DNA from: Malacoraja senta
Taxonomy: Eukaryota
DNA length: 60,000 nt
Direction of reading: 5' to 3'
Assembly: GCA_038087875.1 (NCBI GenBank)
Contig: CM075995.1
Location: 9,674,001 to 9,734,000, forward strand
In this document: piece after piece, positions 12,725-24,984 of the stretch
How positions within the stretch are numbered: position 1 is the stretch's first letter
Layout of the letters: each line of letters opens with the position of its first letter
Position numbers and translations under genes: made by a program
Notes under the pieces: model-generated
The model's database searches: none
What the model was told of the DNA's origin: nothing
What the model saw: the letters and a program-made list of their open reading frames with translations, nothing else

Positions 12725-14640
12725 TGAGGTGGGGGCTGTCGGGTGGGGGTGAATGTCCTGCAGCCAGGGGAGGTGGACGGCTTGAGGCAGGATCTGTTGG
12801 GGGCTGTAGGGGGGGGGGGCGAGCGCCATTCAGCCGGGGGAGGGGACGGCCAGAGGTGGGGCTGTCGGAGGGGGGCACAATTGTCCTGCATCTGGGGGAG
12901 GGGGACGGCTTGAAGTGGGCGCTGTTGGGCGGGCGCGTCCTGCAGCCGGGGGAGGGGCACGGCTTCAGTCGGGGGCAGTGCACTGCAACCAAGGAGGGGC
13001 CGGTGGGGTGGGAGCATCCTACAGCTGGGGGAGGAGCACGGCTTCAGTCGGTGGCTGTCCAGGGGGGGGGGGGACGGCGGATGGCTTCGGGCGTGGACTG
13101 TCGGAGCTGGTGGGGGATGGGGGAACGTCCTGCAGCCGAGGGAGGTGGATGGCTACAGGCGGGGGCTGTCGGAGGCGGTGGGGGAGGCGCCCTGCAGCCG
13201 GGAGAGAGAGACGGCTGCAGGCGGGGGCTGTTGGGGGGAGAGCGTCCTGCAACCAGTGGAGGGGCTACGCTTCAGGTGGGGGCTGGCAGAGCCGGTGGGG
13301 GAGGGGTAGCATCCTGCAGCCGGAGGAGGTGGACGGCTTCAGGAGGGGGCTGTCAGGGGCTGAGGGGGGGAACGTCCTATGGCCGTGGAGGGGGACGGCT
13401 TCAGGCGGGGGCTGTCAGGGGCCGATGGAGTGGGGGGAGCGACCTGCTGCCGGGGGGAGGGGGGTGTCCTGCAGCGGGGGATGTGGATGGCTTCAGGAGG
13501 GGGCTGTCAGGGGCCAGTGGGGGGGGGGGGCGCCGACCTGCAGCCGGGGGGAGGGTGTGTTGTCCTGCAGCGGGGGGTGGGGACGGCTTCAGGAGGGGGC
13601 TGTCTGGGGCCGGGGGGGAATGTCCAACAGCCAGGGGGGGGAGGGGGTACGGCCTCAGGCGGGGGCTGTCAGCGGCCTACAGCTGGGGAGGGGGGGCGAA
13701 CGACCTACAGCCGGGGAGGGGGGACGCCTTCAGGTGGGGTCTGTCGGGGCTGGTGGGTGGTGGGAAGCGCCCTCCAGCCAGTGGAGGGGAGGGGGACGCC
13801 TTCAGGTGGGGTCTGTCGGGGCTGGTGGGTGGTGGGAAGCGCCCTGCAGCCAGCGGAGGGGAGGGGGACGGCTTCAGGTGGGGGCTGTCGGACCCAGTGA
13901 GGGAGGGGGAGAGCATCCTGCAGCCGGGGGAGGGGGACCACTTCAGGCAGGGGCAGTCAGGGGCCGGTGGGGGGGGAAGCATCCTGCAGCCGGGGGAGGG
14001 GGACCCCTTCAGGCAGGGGCAGTCAGGGGCCGGTGGGGGGGGAAGCATCCTGCAGCCGGGGGAGGGGGACCCCTTCAGGCAGGGACCGGTGGGGGGGGGA
14101 AGCATCCTGCAGCCGGGAGAGGGGGACAGCTTCAGGCAGAGGCTGGTGGGGAGCGTCCCTGCAGCCGGACGAGGGGGACGGCTTCAGGTGGGGGGGGGAG
14201 CGTCCTGCAACCGGGGAGGGAGGAGGCTTCGAGCGGAGTCTGCGGGTACAGGCGTGGGGTGGGGGAGGGAGCACTGCCATGGACTGCCGCTGCCGTGACG
14301 GGGGGAGGTGCCTGCACCTGGGGATGGGGACGGCTTCAGGCAGGGGCCAGTGGGGAGGAGGAGGAAATTGTCCTGCAGATGGGGATGCGGACGGCTTCAG
14401 GCGGGGGGCCAGTGGGGGGGAGGAGCGTCCTGCAGCTGGGGGAAGGGAACGGCTTCAGGCAGGGGCCGGTGGTGGGGGGAGCACTCCCGTGGCCTACGCT
14501 GCCATGGTCTGCCTCCTCCGCGACCTACCGCTGCCGCGGACTATCCCTGCCGGTGCCATGGCCTGCAGGTGGGGGATGGCGGGGGCGTCCTGTAGCCCTG
14601 GAGGGCTTCAGGCGGGGCCAGTGGGGGGGCTTTCTGGAGG
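12725..14640. repeat. G-rich ~60-bp minisatellite (gtcctgcagccggggaggggacggcttcaggcgggggctgtc)
   Basis: Degenerate tandem units with PstI-like ctgcag cores. Confidence 0.85.
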
Positions 14641-14654
14641 GCTAGTACAGTTGT

Positions 14655-15320
14655 GCCACACCAGCGCCTGGCCCTACCAGCACAGGCGCCCACCAACACC
14701 CGGCTCCACCAGCGCCCAGCCCCGGCATCGCCAGCACCCGGCCCCGGGCCCACCAGCGCTCGGCCCCCAGCCCAGGTCCCGCCAGCGCCCAGACCCACCA
14801 GCGCCTGGACTCACCAGCATGCAGCCCGACCAACACCCGGCCCAACCTGCGCCTGGCCCCACCGACGCCTGTCCCCACCAGCGCCAGTGCCCGGCCCCAC
14901 CAGCACCAGCACCCAGCCCCACCAGCACCCTGCCCCACCAGCACCTGTCCCTACCAACACCTGGCCCCACCAGCACCCATCCCCACCAGCAGCTGGCCCC
15001 ACCAGCACCCATCCCTACCAGCACCTGGCCCCCACCAGCACCCGTCCCTACCAGCACCTGGCCCCACCAGCACAGGTCCCTACCAGCACTTGGCCCCACC
15101 AGCACCCGTCTCCACCAGCACCCGGCTCCACCAGCGCCTGGCCTCACTAGTGCCTGGCGCCACCAGCCCCCGGCCCCAGCAGCGCACGGCCCCACCAGCG
15201 CCCAGCCTCACTAGCGCCCAGCCCCACCAGCGCCCGGCCTCACCAGTGCCTGGCATCACCAGCCCCCGGCTCCGGCAACGGCCCCACCAGTGGCTGGCAC
15301 CCTCAATCCCCCCACCCTGC
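14655..15320. repeat. C-rich ~17-bp minisatellite (ccccaccagcacctgg)
   Basis: Tandem caccagc units. Confidence 0.85.
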
Positions 15321-15784
15321 CTCCTCACTTCCACAGGATCTCGAGGTTGCAGCAGTCGGCCACGCAGTTGGCCAGGCTCTGGGCTGCTCCGCACTCCAGC
15401 CACGATGATGCACAAACTCTGCTCGCTGCGCTCCTTCAGCTTTATTGTGACAGAGGAGCCAGCAAATCAGTGCGATGATGTTGCGCGGAAGGGGCGCCGC
15501 CATCCCAGCCTGGGCGGTGCCTAGCCGGGTGACAGACAGGTGATGAGACCAATCTCCTGACAGGAGAGGAGACTAATCTGCGCATGCGCGTTTTTCAAAG
15601 ATTTTTAAACCTCGATAACTTTTACAAGATAACACCGAACGGAACAAAACGTTTTGCACTCGCAGCACGGGAGACCTAGCGAAAGATCGTTGTGCCATCA
15701 CATACCGTTTTTGCGCAAATAGACAATCCCCGCAAAACGAAAGAGCACAACATCAGAGTTTTAGTTATGTATAGATAGAATAGA

Positions 15785-16198
<414 letters not shown>

Positions 16199-18169
16199 CC
16201 CACGGGTCCTCAGGGTGGCCTTTGCGCAATTTCAGACCGCCGTGTATTTTTCCTCGCCTTACAACGGCACCACAGGTAAGTTGAATTCTATTTTACTGCT
16301 GCTCCAGGCCGGTAGGGAGGGAGAGCGTGGGAGGGAGAGGAGCGGCACCCGGGGCAAGGACATTTTCATTGTGGGGGTGGTGGGATAGGGTGGAGGTGGA
16401 GGAGTGGGGGAGGCAGGGAGGGAGAGGAGTTATGGAGGGGGGAGGGAGTGACTGAGGGTAGAGGAAAGGAGAGGGAAGGAGAGGTGAGCGGCGGAGTGGA
16501 GGACAGGAGGAGGAGTGAGAAAAGAAGAGGGAGGGGTGAAGATGAGGGGGAGGGAGTGCTGGGGAATGAGGGGGATTGGAGGAGGATTGGGGTAGGAAGA
16601 GGGATGGTGGGGTAATGGAGGAGGGGAGGGAGAAGAGGGAGAAGAGAGAGAAGGGTAGGGAGGGGATGAGGGGAGGAAGCAGAAGAGGGTTGGTGGAGAG
16701 TGGGGAGAGGGAGGATAATGGAGGAGGCCAGGTGGGCGCAGTTGGGGGCTATGGGTGAGTGGTGGAATATTGTTGGGGGACCAAGCCTCCCATGTGAGTC
16801 TAGTATATTACTAAAAGTCTCATTTTGTTTCTACATTTGTTTGCCGGCCCGGTTTTTACCTATATTTGTGCAAAAACAGTAATAGCGCTACAAATTTTGG
16901 CCCACCTTACTCACCTTTGTCTTGTGATGTCAATTAAACAAGTTAGATTGATGCCATATTTTACAAGTTATTGACATTTTAAACTTTACAAAAAACTTTT
17001 TTTAATTGACCTGCCCGTCAGCAACGTTGCACCTCACCATGACGTCACAATGAGATCCCGAATTTCATTAACAAGAAAAAAATCAGTTAAAAAAAAAATC
17101 AGAATTTTTGTTGTGGTGGGGTGGTGGGATAGGGGGGGGGAGGTTTCATTTAAAAATAAACATAGCGATTTTCATTGTCGGGGCGATTTTCATTGTGGGG
17201 GAGAGTGTGATGGTACCCGGACGTGGCGCCGACGGATGAGAAGCCGAAGCAAAGAAGTGGAAGCCAAATAACCGAAAGGAAACAAAGCTGAAACGCCAAA
17301 TAGCCAAATGGAAATGAAGCCGAAACGCCAACTAACCGAAAGGGTGGGACGCCTAAATGCAAACTAACCGAAAGGGCAGGATGCCTAAAAGCCAACTAAC
17401 CTAAAGGCTGCATCGCCTAAAAGCAAACTCACCGAATGGCCGCTCTGACGAAACGCCACCTACCTGAAAGGCGGTGTCGCCTACCAGCCCAACAGAGGGG
17501 CAGGACTTGTCAGCGATTGGTCCAGACCCCTGCATCCATCATATCACTGTGGAGGGATGAACATTGCCCCACACCTTCCCTCCACCTGACCCACTGCCCG
17601 TGGATGGTGGCCGTGGGAGAGTGGGGGCTGTCCCGAGGGATGCGCACCTTCGGCCCGCTTACAACTTGGTTCAGATATCCCAGTCACCTATGGCTTGTGT
17701 GGGAAAATGACCCCCATGCTCCCATCGTCCCCTTCTCTCTCCCCTCTTCTCTCCCCCCTCCCTTCTCTCTCTCCCTTCTCTCTCCTCTCTCTCCCCTTCT
17801 CTCTCCCCCTCACCTCTCTCTCCCCCTCTCTCTCTCCCCTCTCTTTCTTTCCCCTCTTCTCTCTCTCCCCCCTCTCTCTCCCTTCTCTCTTCTCCTCTCC
17901 TCTCTCTCTCTCCCCTCTCTCTCCTCTCTCCCCTTCTTTCTCTCCCACCTCTCTCTCCCCTTCTCTCTTTCTCTCCGCTTTTCTCTCTCTCTCTCTCCCT
18001 TCTCTCTCCCCCCCTTCTCTCCCCCCCCTCTCTCTCCCTTCTCTCTCTCCCCCCTTCTCTCCCCCCCCCCTCTCTCTCCCTTATCTCGCTCCCTTCTCTC
18101 TCTCTCCCCCTTCTCTTCCCCACTTATGCAGAGCGGCTATGGAAGTTGAGAAAACGGGGAGTGACAGCA

Positions 18170-18372
18170 AAGATAGACACAAGATGCTAGAGTGACTGAG
18201 TGGGACAGGCAGCATCTCTGGAGAGAAGGGATGAGTGGCTTTTCGGGTCGAGACTCTTCAGACCCAGTCTTCAGGTCTGAAGAATGGTCTCGACACGAAA
18301 CGTCACCCATCCCTTCTCTCCAGAGATGCTGCCTGTTCCGCTGAGTTACTCCAGCTTTTTGGGTCCATCTTC
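18170..18372. mobile_element. Palindromic Penelope-derived element (second subfamily)
   Basis: Imperfect inverted arms at ~18170-18264 and ~18274-18372; same architecture as 4145-4346. Confidence 0.7.
18274..18307 (+). ncRNA. Putative minimal type I hammerhead ribozyme with degraded stem II
   Basis: ggt-CTGAAGA-a-tggtc(tc)gacac-GAAA-CG-TC^-acc: core boxes present, stem I ggt/acc, palindromic ACGT stem III, GUC cleavage triplet. Confidence 0.55.
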
Positions 18373-19721
18373 GGTTAAAACAGTTTACAGATTCTGGGGG
18401 TTTGTGCGTGGGAGCTTGCTGTGTGCGTTCCGAGGGAGTGGGAAAATGACCCCATGCTCCTGTCTCCCCCTTCTCTCTCCCCTTTTCTCTCTCTCCCCCT
18501 CTCTCTCTCCCCTCTCTCTCCCTTCTCTCTCTCCTCTCTCTCCCCCTCCTCTCTTTCTTCTCTCTCTCCCCTTCTCTGTCTCTCCCCTCTTCTCTCTCTC
18601 CCCCTCTCTCTCTCCCTTCTCTATCTCCCCTTCTCTCTCTCCTCCTCTCTCTCTCCCCTTCTCTCTTTCTCTCCCCCTTGTCTCTCTTCCCCTTCTCTCT
18701 CTCCTCCATCTCCATCGGCAAGAGGGTGGGGGTCATTTCCCCACACAAGCCATAGGTGACTGGGTAATCTGAACCCAAGCACCAAGTTGTAAGCGGCCGA
18801 AGGTGCGCATCCCTCAGGACAGCCCCCACTCGCACTCGGAATGCACACAGCAAGAGTGAGCAGCGTGCGGAGAGTGAGCAGCGTGCGGGCAGAGAGCAGA
18901 GTGCGGGGAGTGAGCAGTGTGTGGGCAGAGAACAGCGTGCGGGCTGCTTCTGCCCCGACCAGCACGATGAGCCGGGAACTGCTGAGTTGAACCGGAAGCC
19001 TCTGAGTGAAGCCGGAGTGGGACCGGGGGCTGTTGCCTGAGGCCGAAAGCTGAAGGTGCGGGGTGAGCAGAGTATGGGTTGAGCAGACTCCGAGCTCCTT
19101 CCCCCACCCCCCCTTCACCCACCACCCCTTCCCCCACCCCCACTAACCCACTCCACTTTCCCCCACACCCCCCCCTTCCCCCCCTCTTCTCCACATCCCC
19201 CCTTTATTCCCCCACATCGCCCTACCCCCCACCCCCTCCTCCCACACCATGCTCTCCCCCCCACCACTCCCCTGCTCACACACACCCGAACTCCCCTCCC
19301 ACCGCACGCCTGCCTCCTCTCCCACACATGAAGAGGAGGGGGGAGTGCTGAGGGATGAGGGGAAATGAGCCGCGCCTGCGCAGTTAGGGGCTATAGGTGT
19401 GGTGGAATATTGTTTTGTGGAATGGGTTGCATTGGGGGGGACCAGGAGTCCAGTGTGACTGGGACCCAACCGGTCCCATTTAGACTAGTACATAACTAAA
19501 ACTCTGATCTTGTGCTCTTCTGGTTTGTGGGGTTTTTCTATTTGTGCAAAAATGGTATGCAATAGCGCAACAATTTTTCACCAGGTTAATCAAGGTTCTC
19601 CTGTGCGGCGAGTTCAACAAGGTTTTGTTACGATCGGTGGTATCTTATAAAAGTTATCGAGGTTTAAAAATCGTAAATACTGTGTATGCGCACATTGGTC
19701 TCCTCTCCTGTCAGTCACCCG

Positions 19722-20095
19722 GCGACGGCGAGCCCAGGCCGGGACGGAGGGGGGGATCTCCCTGGCCGTCTGCTCCTGGGCCTGGCCATGATGACTATTC
19801 ACAGGTCCAGGCAGCGGGTATTCGACGGCCGCACCGGGGTTGACTACCAACCCCTTTTCCCGGCCTACGTCCGTGCCCACCTGTCTCTGGAGAGGGAACA
19901 TGCGGTGTCCACGGGGACTTTGGAGGCCTTCCGTGAACGCTGGTCGCAACGGGAGGACGAGTGTTTTGTTGATAAATTTGGCGTTATATTAATTTGATGA
20001 TCATTTGTTTGTAAACTGTCATCATAGGTAGTCTTTGATAGTGTTATTACTCTGTATGTTTATTTTTGAATAAAAGTATTTGTATAATTTTTTGT
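19722..20095 (+). mobile_element. Tx1/L1-like LINE 3' fragment
   Basis: LLLGLAMMTIHRSRQR..YVRAHLSLEREHAVSTGTLEAFRERW, then a stop codon and a downstream AATAAA. Confidence 0.65.
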
Positions 20096-20101
20096 CACCA
20101 T

Positions 20102-20276
20102 CAAAGATACTAGAGGAGCACGATAGACCACTCCTCCGAAATACAATGGACTGACGTGCAGTATGCAACGGAACGTCGCGGACGCCATTTTCTAATGCAA
20201 AACGCGACTTCCGGTTCGCCTCCCGCTGTGTAATCCAAAGATTATATAGCGGAGCGGAGCTCCTCTAGTATCTTTG
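20102..20276. mobile_element. Small MITE with 18-bp perfect TIRs
   Basis: caaagatactagaggagc (20102-20119) and gctcctctagtatctttg (20259-20276). Confidence 0.65.
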
Positions 20277-20766
20277 GTGTAATCCGCTCTATCATCCTTG
20301 GTGTAACCAGTGTAATCAGTGTTGTAGGGAACAGTGTTTGATATATCAAACAGTGTTTGACATAGCGCATCTATCACCTCACATATTTTAGTTAATTTTA
20401 TTGTAAATGTTTTCCCCCTGTTCCCCCATTTCCCTCCCATCTTTCCTCCCCAGCGCCACCTTTGCGTAGTTTCCCTTGCATTGTATTGTGCAGCCTCCCT
20501 TGTATTGCTTAAACACACACTGTGCACAAAATTAAATTTAACTTGTATATATATTTATATGAATGTGTGTTTGTGTGTGCCTGTGTGTGAGAGGCAAGTT
20601 AAGGGTCTGTCCCACCAGCATGCAATTGCAAGCGTCCAGCGCGACCAAACGTGGTCGCTTGTTTTTTTTAATGTGCTATATAAATAATAGTGACTTGACT
20701 TGACATATTTCTGTAGTTTCTTTCTTCAGATTTCCTCTAATTTGTTTAACAACCTTTTTCTTTCAA

Positions 20767-20772
<6 letters not shown>

Positions 20773-20799
<27 letters not shown>

Positions 20800-20863
20800 T
20801 TGTGTGTGTGTGTGTATCACTATATATTTATATATATATATACACACACACACATATATATCA

Positions 20864-20910
<47 letters not shown>

Positions 20911-20912
20911 CA

Positions 20913-20965
<53 letters not shown>

Positions 20966-21235
20966 ATATATTTTCTGTAAATTGAATTGTTTGTGTGTCG
21001 TGTAGGAATTGTTTTGTTGTATGGCTGTGGAAATGGAGTTTCGTTTGAGCCTCTTTGAGGTTCAAATGACAAGAATAAAATCTAATCTAATCTAATCTAA
21101 TCTATATATATATATATATATCACAATATATATTACAATATATGTGTATATACATATATATACACATACATATTTGTAGGTATACACATATATACACACA
21201 CACACACACACATATATATATAAATAAAATATATA
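20773..21235. repeat. (TA)n/(CA)n/(TG)n compound microsatellites
   Basis: Direct observation. Confidence 0.9.
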
Positions 21236-21411
21236 TGAAATCCTAATATTGTGAATATCCATGAACACAATGTCAAAATATTTTTCCATTCTTTCATTCT
21301 ATATTAGCGTAACACAATGTAGTGCATACATACCTACATATTTAAATTCAGTCGATAAGTTGGTCAAATAACCAACGTGTCCCCACCACTCGCCACATCT
21401 TCCCATCTCCC

Positions 21412-21611
21412 NNNNNNNNNNNNNNNNNNNNNNNNNNNNNNNNNNNNNNNNNNNNNNNNNNNNNNNNNNNNNNNNNNNNNNNNNNNNNNNNNNNNNNNNN
21501 NNNNNNNNNNNNNNNNNNNNNNNNNNNNNNNNNNNNNNNNNNNNNNNNNNNNNNNNNNNNNNNNNNNNNNNNNNNNNNNNNNNNNNNNNNNNNNNNNNNN
21601 NNNNNNNNNNN
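21412..21611. other. Assembly gap (200 N)
   Basis: Run of 200 Ns. Confidence 1.
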
Positions 21612-21649
21612 TGAAAATCTCGATGTTTTTTTAAACATTCTTTTAATGT

Positions 21650-22465
21650 AAGGTAAGGTAAATTTATTTGTATAGCACCATTCGTGCAAACAGCAATTCA
21701 AGGTGCTTTACAGGAAAGTAAAAATAAAATAGTCAATAATTAAAAAATTATAAAGTGCTTTACAGGGAAGACTATCCATACAAATAATAAAAAGAGGTAG
21801 AAAAAAAAGACACAACACACTATAAGAAATCCAACACGAACATCCCCCCACAGTAGAATCTACACTCTCCACTGTGAGGGAAGGCACCAAATGTCCAGTC
21901 CTCCTCCTCCTCCTAGTCCACCCGAGGTCGGGGCCAGTTTGAGGCCACTGCAGCCAGTCGCCGCAATGGCAGCCCGATGATTATAGGCTCCACCCGCATC
22001 GGGTGGAAAAGTCCTCAGCAGCTTAGAAATGTCTGGAGCGGCCGCTCCTTCCCCGGAGACTGCGACGCCCGTGGACTTTCGGCCGTGCTGGTTGGAGCTT
22101 CGACTCCGCGGTGCTTCCGATCCAGCGCCGCCCGCGGGATGCCCTCAAACCGCAGATGTTGGTGGTCGGCGGTCACAGCACTCCGGAGCAGCGACCCGGC
22201 AAGGCATCGTCCGCTCCTTGTTGGTGTCCCAGCACTGTGCCGCCGAAGCTGTGGTCCCCTGGCAGGAACGCCGCTCCAGCCCGATGGAAGGCCGCATGGG
22301 GAGACCGGAGATGCGATTTGGAGAAAACCGCATCTCCGACCAGGTAGGACTAGGTTACAAACAGTTTCCCACCCCCCCCCCCCCACATAGAAAGAATAGA
22401 CTCCAAAAAAAAATGTTTTAGACAATTAAAAAGTTAGAGGACGGACTGCAGGCAGGCGGCCAGAG
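21650..22465 (-). mobile_element. Unclassified LINE-tail-bearing repeat (L2-like 3' end)
   Basis: aaggtaaggtaaatttatttgtatagcac..gtgctttac resembles the reverse complement of the L2 tail at 48.35-48.42 kb. Confidence 0.4.
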
Positions 22466-22930
22466 ATGCAGTCCTTGTAAATGAAATTCGGTTGAAACTA
22501 ACTTTTTTATGGAAATGAAGTTCGGGATCACATTGTGACGTCATTGTGAGGTGGAACGCTGCTGACGGGCAGCGCAAATTATTTTAAAGGTTTTTGTAAA
22601 GATAAAAATGTCAATAAGTTGTAAAATATGGTATCAATCTGAACTAAATTTGTTTAATTGACATCACAGGACAATGCTGAGTAAGGTGGGACAAACATTG
22701 TAGCTCTATCATGTACCATTTTTGAGCAAATACAGGTACAAACCGGGCGGGCAAAGAAACCTGGCAAACGAATACAGAAAATAGATGAGAGTTTTAGTAA
22801 TATACTAGACCAAGTGCGACCCGTTGGGCCCCGTTCCTCCAAACGCAATATTCCACCACTCACCCATAGCCCCCAACTGCGCAGGCATGGTTGAGGGGTT
22901 CTCGTTGTGATGCCAGAGATCCCCGTTGTG

Positions 22931-24770
22931 ATAATAATAATAATAATAATAATATCTTTTATTGTCATTGCACATAAGTGCAACGGGATTTGGGTTTGCA
23001 GCTTCCATCCGATGTCATAACTTAAATAACTGATAAAATTTTGATTTAGATACCCCGAGAATATGATCTGTAAAAAGAACATTAAAACAGTAAAACAGTC
23101 AAAACAGACTAAATTGCAGATGTGTCTGTGCGACGTGACCATCCGAGGGAGACAGTCCACGGGGGTGGGGGTCACTCAGCAGGGCCAGTTCAGAGCCGCT
23201 ATAGCTCTGGAAATGAAGCTGTTCCTGAGTCTGAAGGTGCGGGCATAGAAGGCCTTGTAACATCTGCCAGAAGGATGTAGTTCGAACAGTCATTACAAGG
23301 GTGTGAGGAGTCTTTATGGATGCTGACGGCCTTCCTGAGGCACCATGTGCGGTAGATGCCCTCCAAGGCTGGTAGCTGTGGAGGGCATCATCTGCGCTCT
23401 GTGGACGACGCGCTGAAGAGTTCTGCTCTCCGCTTCCGTGCAGCTGAGATACCACACAGAGATGCCATACGTTAGGATGCTCGCTGTGGTGCAGCGGTAG
23501 AAGGTTGTCAGCAGCTGTTGGGGCAGACCAGTCTTTTTCAATGTTCTCAGGAAGAACATTCATTGCTGTGCCTTTTTTACCAGCGCAGCGGTGTGAGTGG
23601 ACCATGTGAGGTCCTCTGAGATGTGAGTGCCCAGAAACTTAAAGCTGGACACTCTCTCCACACTGTCCCCGTAGATGGAGATTGGGGCGTATTCCCCATT
23701 CTGTGACCTCCTGAAGTCGATAATCAGCTCCTTGTCTTGGAGGTGTTTAGTGACAAGTTGTTACGTGAGCACCAGTCCGCCAGGTTCTGCACCTCCGCTC
23801 TGTATTTTGTTTCATCACCATTGGTGATCAGCCCGATCATCGTTGTGTCGTCTGCAAACTTGACGATGGTGTTGGTGTCGAATGCAGGGACACAGTCGTT
23901 TGTGAAGAGGGAGTAGAGCATGGGGCTCAGTACACAGCCCTGTGCTGTGCCTGTGCTCAGGGTGATAGTGGAAGACAGGTGCGGGCCCAGTCTCACTGCC
24001 TGCGGTCGCTCCGTCAGAAAATCAGGATCCAATCGCATATCGGCGAGCTGAGGCATAGCTGGTGGAGCTTGGAGGTGAGCTTGGTGGGATGACCGTTGAA
24101 GGCAGAGCTATAGTCAATGAAGAGCATCCTCACATACGTGCCTTGTCTTTCCAGGTGAGTCAGGGACAGTGTGAAGAGCCAGAGAGAGGGCATCCTCTGT
24201 GGATCTATTTGCCCTGTATGCAAATTGATGAGAGTCAGTGAGGCAGGGATGCTGGATTTGATGTGGGAGAGGACCAGCCTTTCAAAGCACTTCATTGGTA
24301 TTGGAGTTAGGACAACCGGGCGGTAGTTATTCAGGTTGGTGACTTTAGACTTTTTCGGCACCGGCACTATGGTGGCTGTCTTCAGGCACTTGGGGACTGT
24401 TGCCAGAGATAGAGACAGGTTAAAGATCCTCGTGAATACCTCCGCCAGCTGTACAGCACAGTCCTTTAGTACCCTTCCCTGGACTCCATCCGGGCCTGCA
24501 GCCTTGCGTGGATTGATCCTATGCAGAGCGCACTGTACCTCCTGAGTGCTCAGTGTTAAGGCCTGTCCCTCCGCCATGGCCGGGGTTATTCCACTCCTGG
24601 TAGTGTTGCCAGTTTCGAAGCGGGCAAAGAAGGTGTTTAAGTCATTGGCCTGTGTGATATAATTGTGCGGGCAGGCGGGGCTGCTCTTGTAGTCAGTGAT
24701 GTCCCTTTCACCCTGCCACATGCTTCTGGTGTCCGCGGTGTTGAAGTGGTCTTCCACCCTTTGCCTGTGG
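22931..24770 (-). mobile_element. Rex1/Babar-type LINE, 5'-truncated, with (TAA)n tail
   Basis: NPRKAAGPDG, ATIVPVPKK, NYRPVVLT..KCFERLVL, QGCVLSP, KFADDTT; tail at 22931-22952. Confidence 0.85.
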
Positions 24771-24819
24771 AATCACGGCAACCCTCCCCCAACTGCGCCT
24801 CTGCATCCCTCTTCCCACC

Positions 24820-24984
24820 TGTAGATTGATGATGCATGTGAACCAATCACACTTAGCCAGCATCACTAACTCCAACCCACTATAACATTTATACTAACGC
24901 CTATTCCCAGCACAGTCAGTCTGAGCAGCTAGGATGAACTGACAACACCTTGTCTTTAAATGCTGCCAAGTTATAGTGCTGATT
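24820..24984 (+). repeat. 5' LTR (U5 and PBS deleted)
   Basis: Starts TGTAG; near-identical to 29152-29303, then fused to the gag leader. Confidence 0.85.

Larger units (their letters stand above)
4410..15775 (-). mobile_element. Decayed autonomous Helitron containing nested insertions
   Basis: 5' end A|TCTATACATAACT at 15775; 3' hairpin gggaccc-aac-gggtccc at 4420-4436 near a degenerate terminus; RepHel helicase pieces in between. Confidence 0.75.
17619..18831. mobile_element. Fold-back/MITE-like segment bounded by ~100-bp inverted repeats
   Basis: 17619-17720 is the reverse complement of ~18725-18831; the interior is CT-rich tracts plus a Penelope palindrome. Confidence 0.55.
16200..19720 (+). 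mobile_element. Plus-strand chain of non-autonomous Helitron units (junctions at 16803/16804 and 19488/19489)
   Basis: 3' ends ..gtctag and gggacccaaccggtcccatttagactag are followed directly by 5'-type sequence tatattactaaaagtctc and tacataactaaaactctgatc. Confidence 0.75.

Noticed and set aside
12685..15214. Long Gly/Pro-rich ORFs (537, 576 and 415 aa)
   Set aside because: Open in several frames because the GC-rich minisatellite lacks stop codons; no domain motifs
17444..17456. ctgacgaaac hammerhead-like motif
   Set aside because: No stem II between the core boxes; part of the ccgaa repeat array
20601..20660. Harbinger-like TIR (aagggtctgtcccac)
   Set aside because: Only one end is visible, so no element can be delimited
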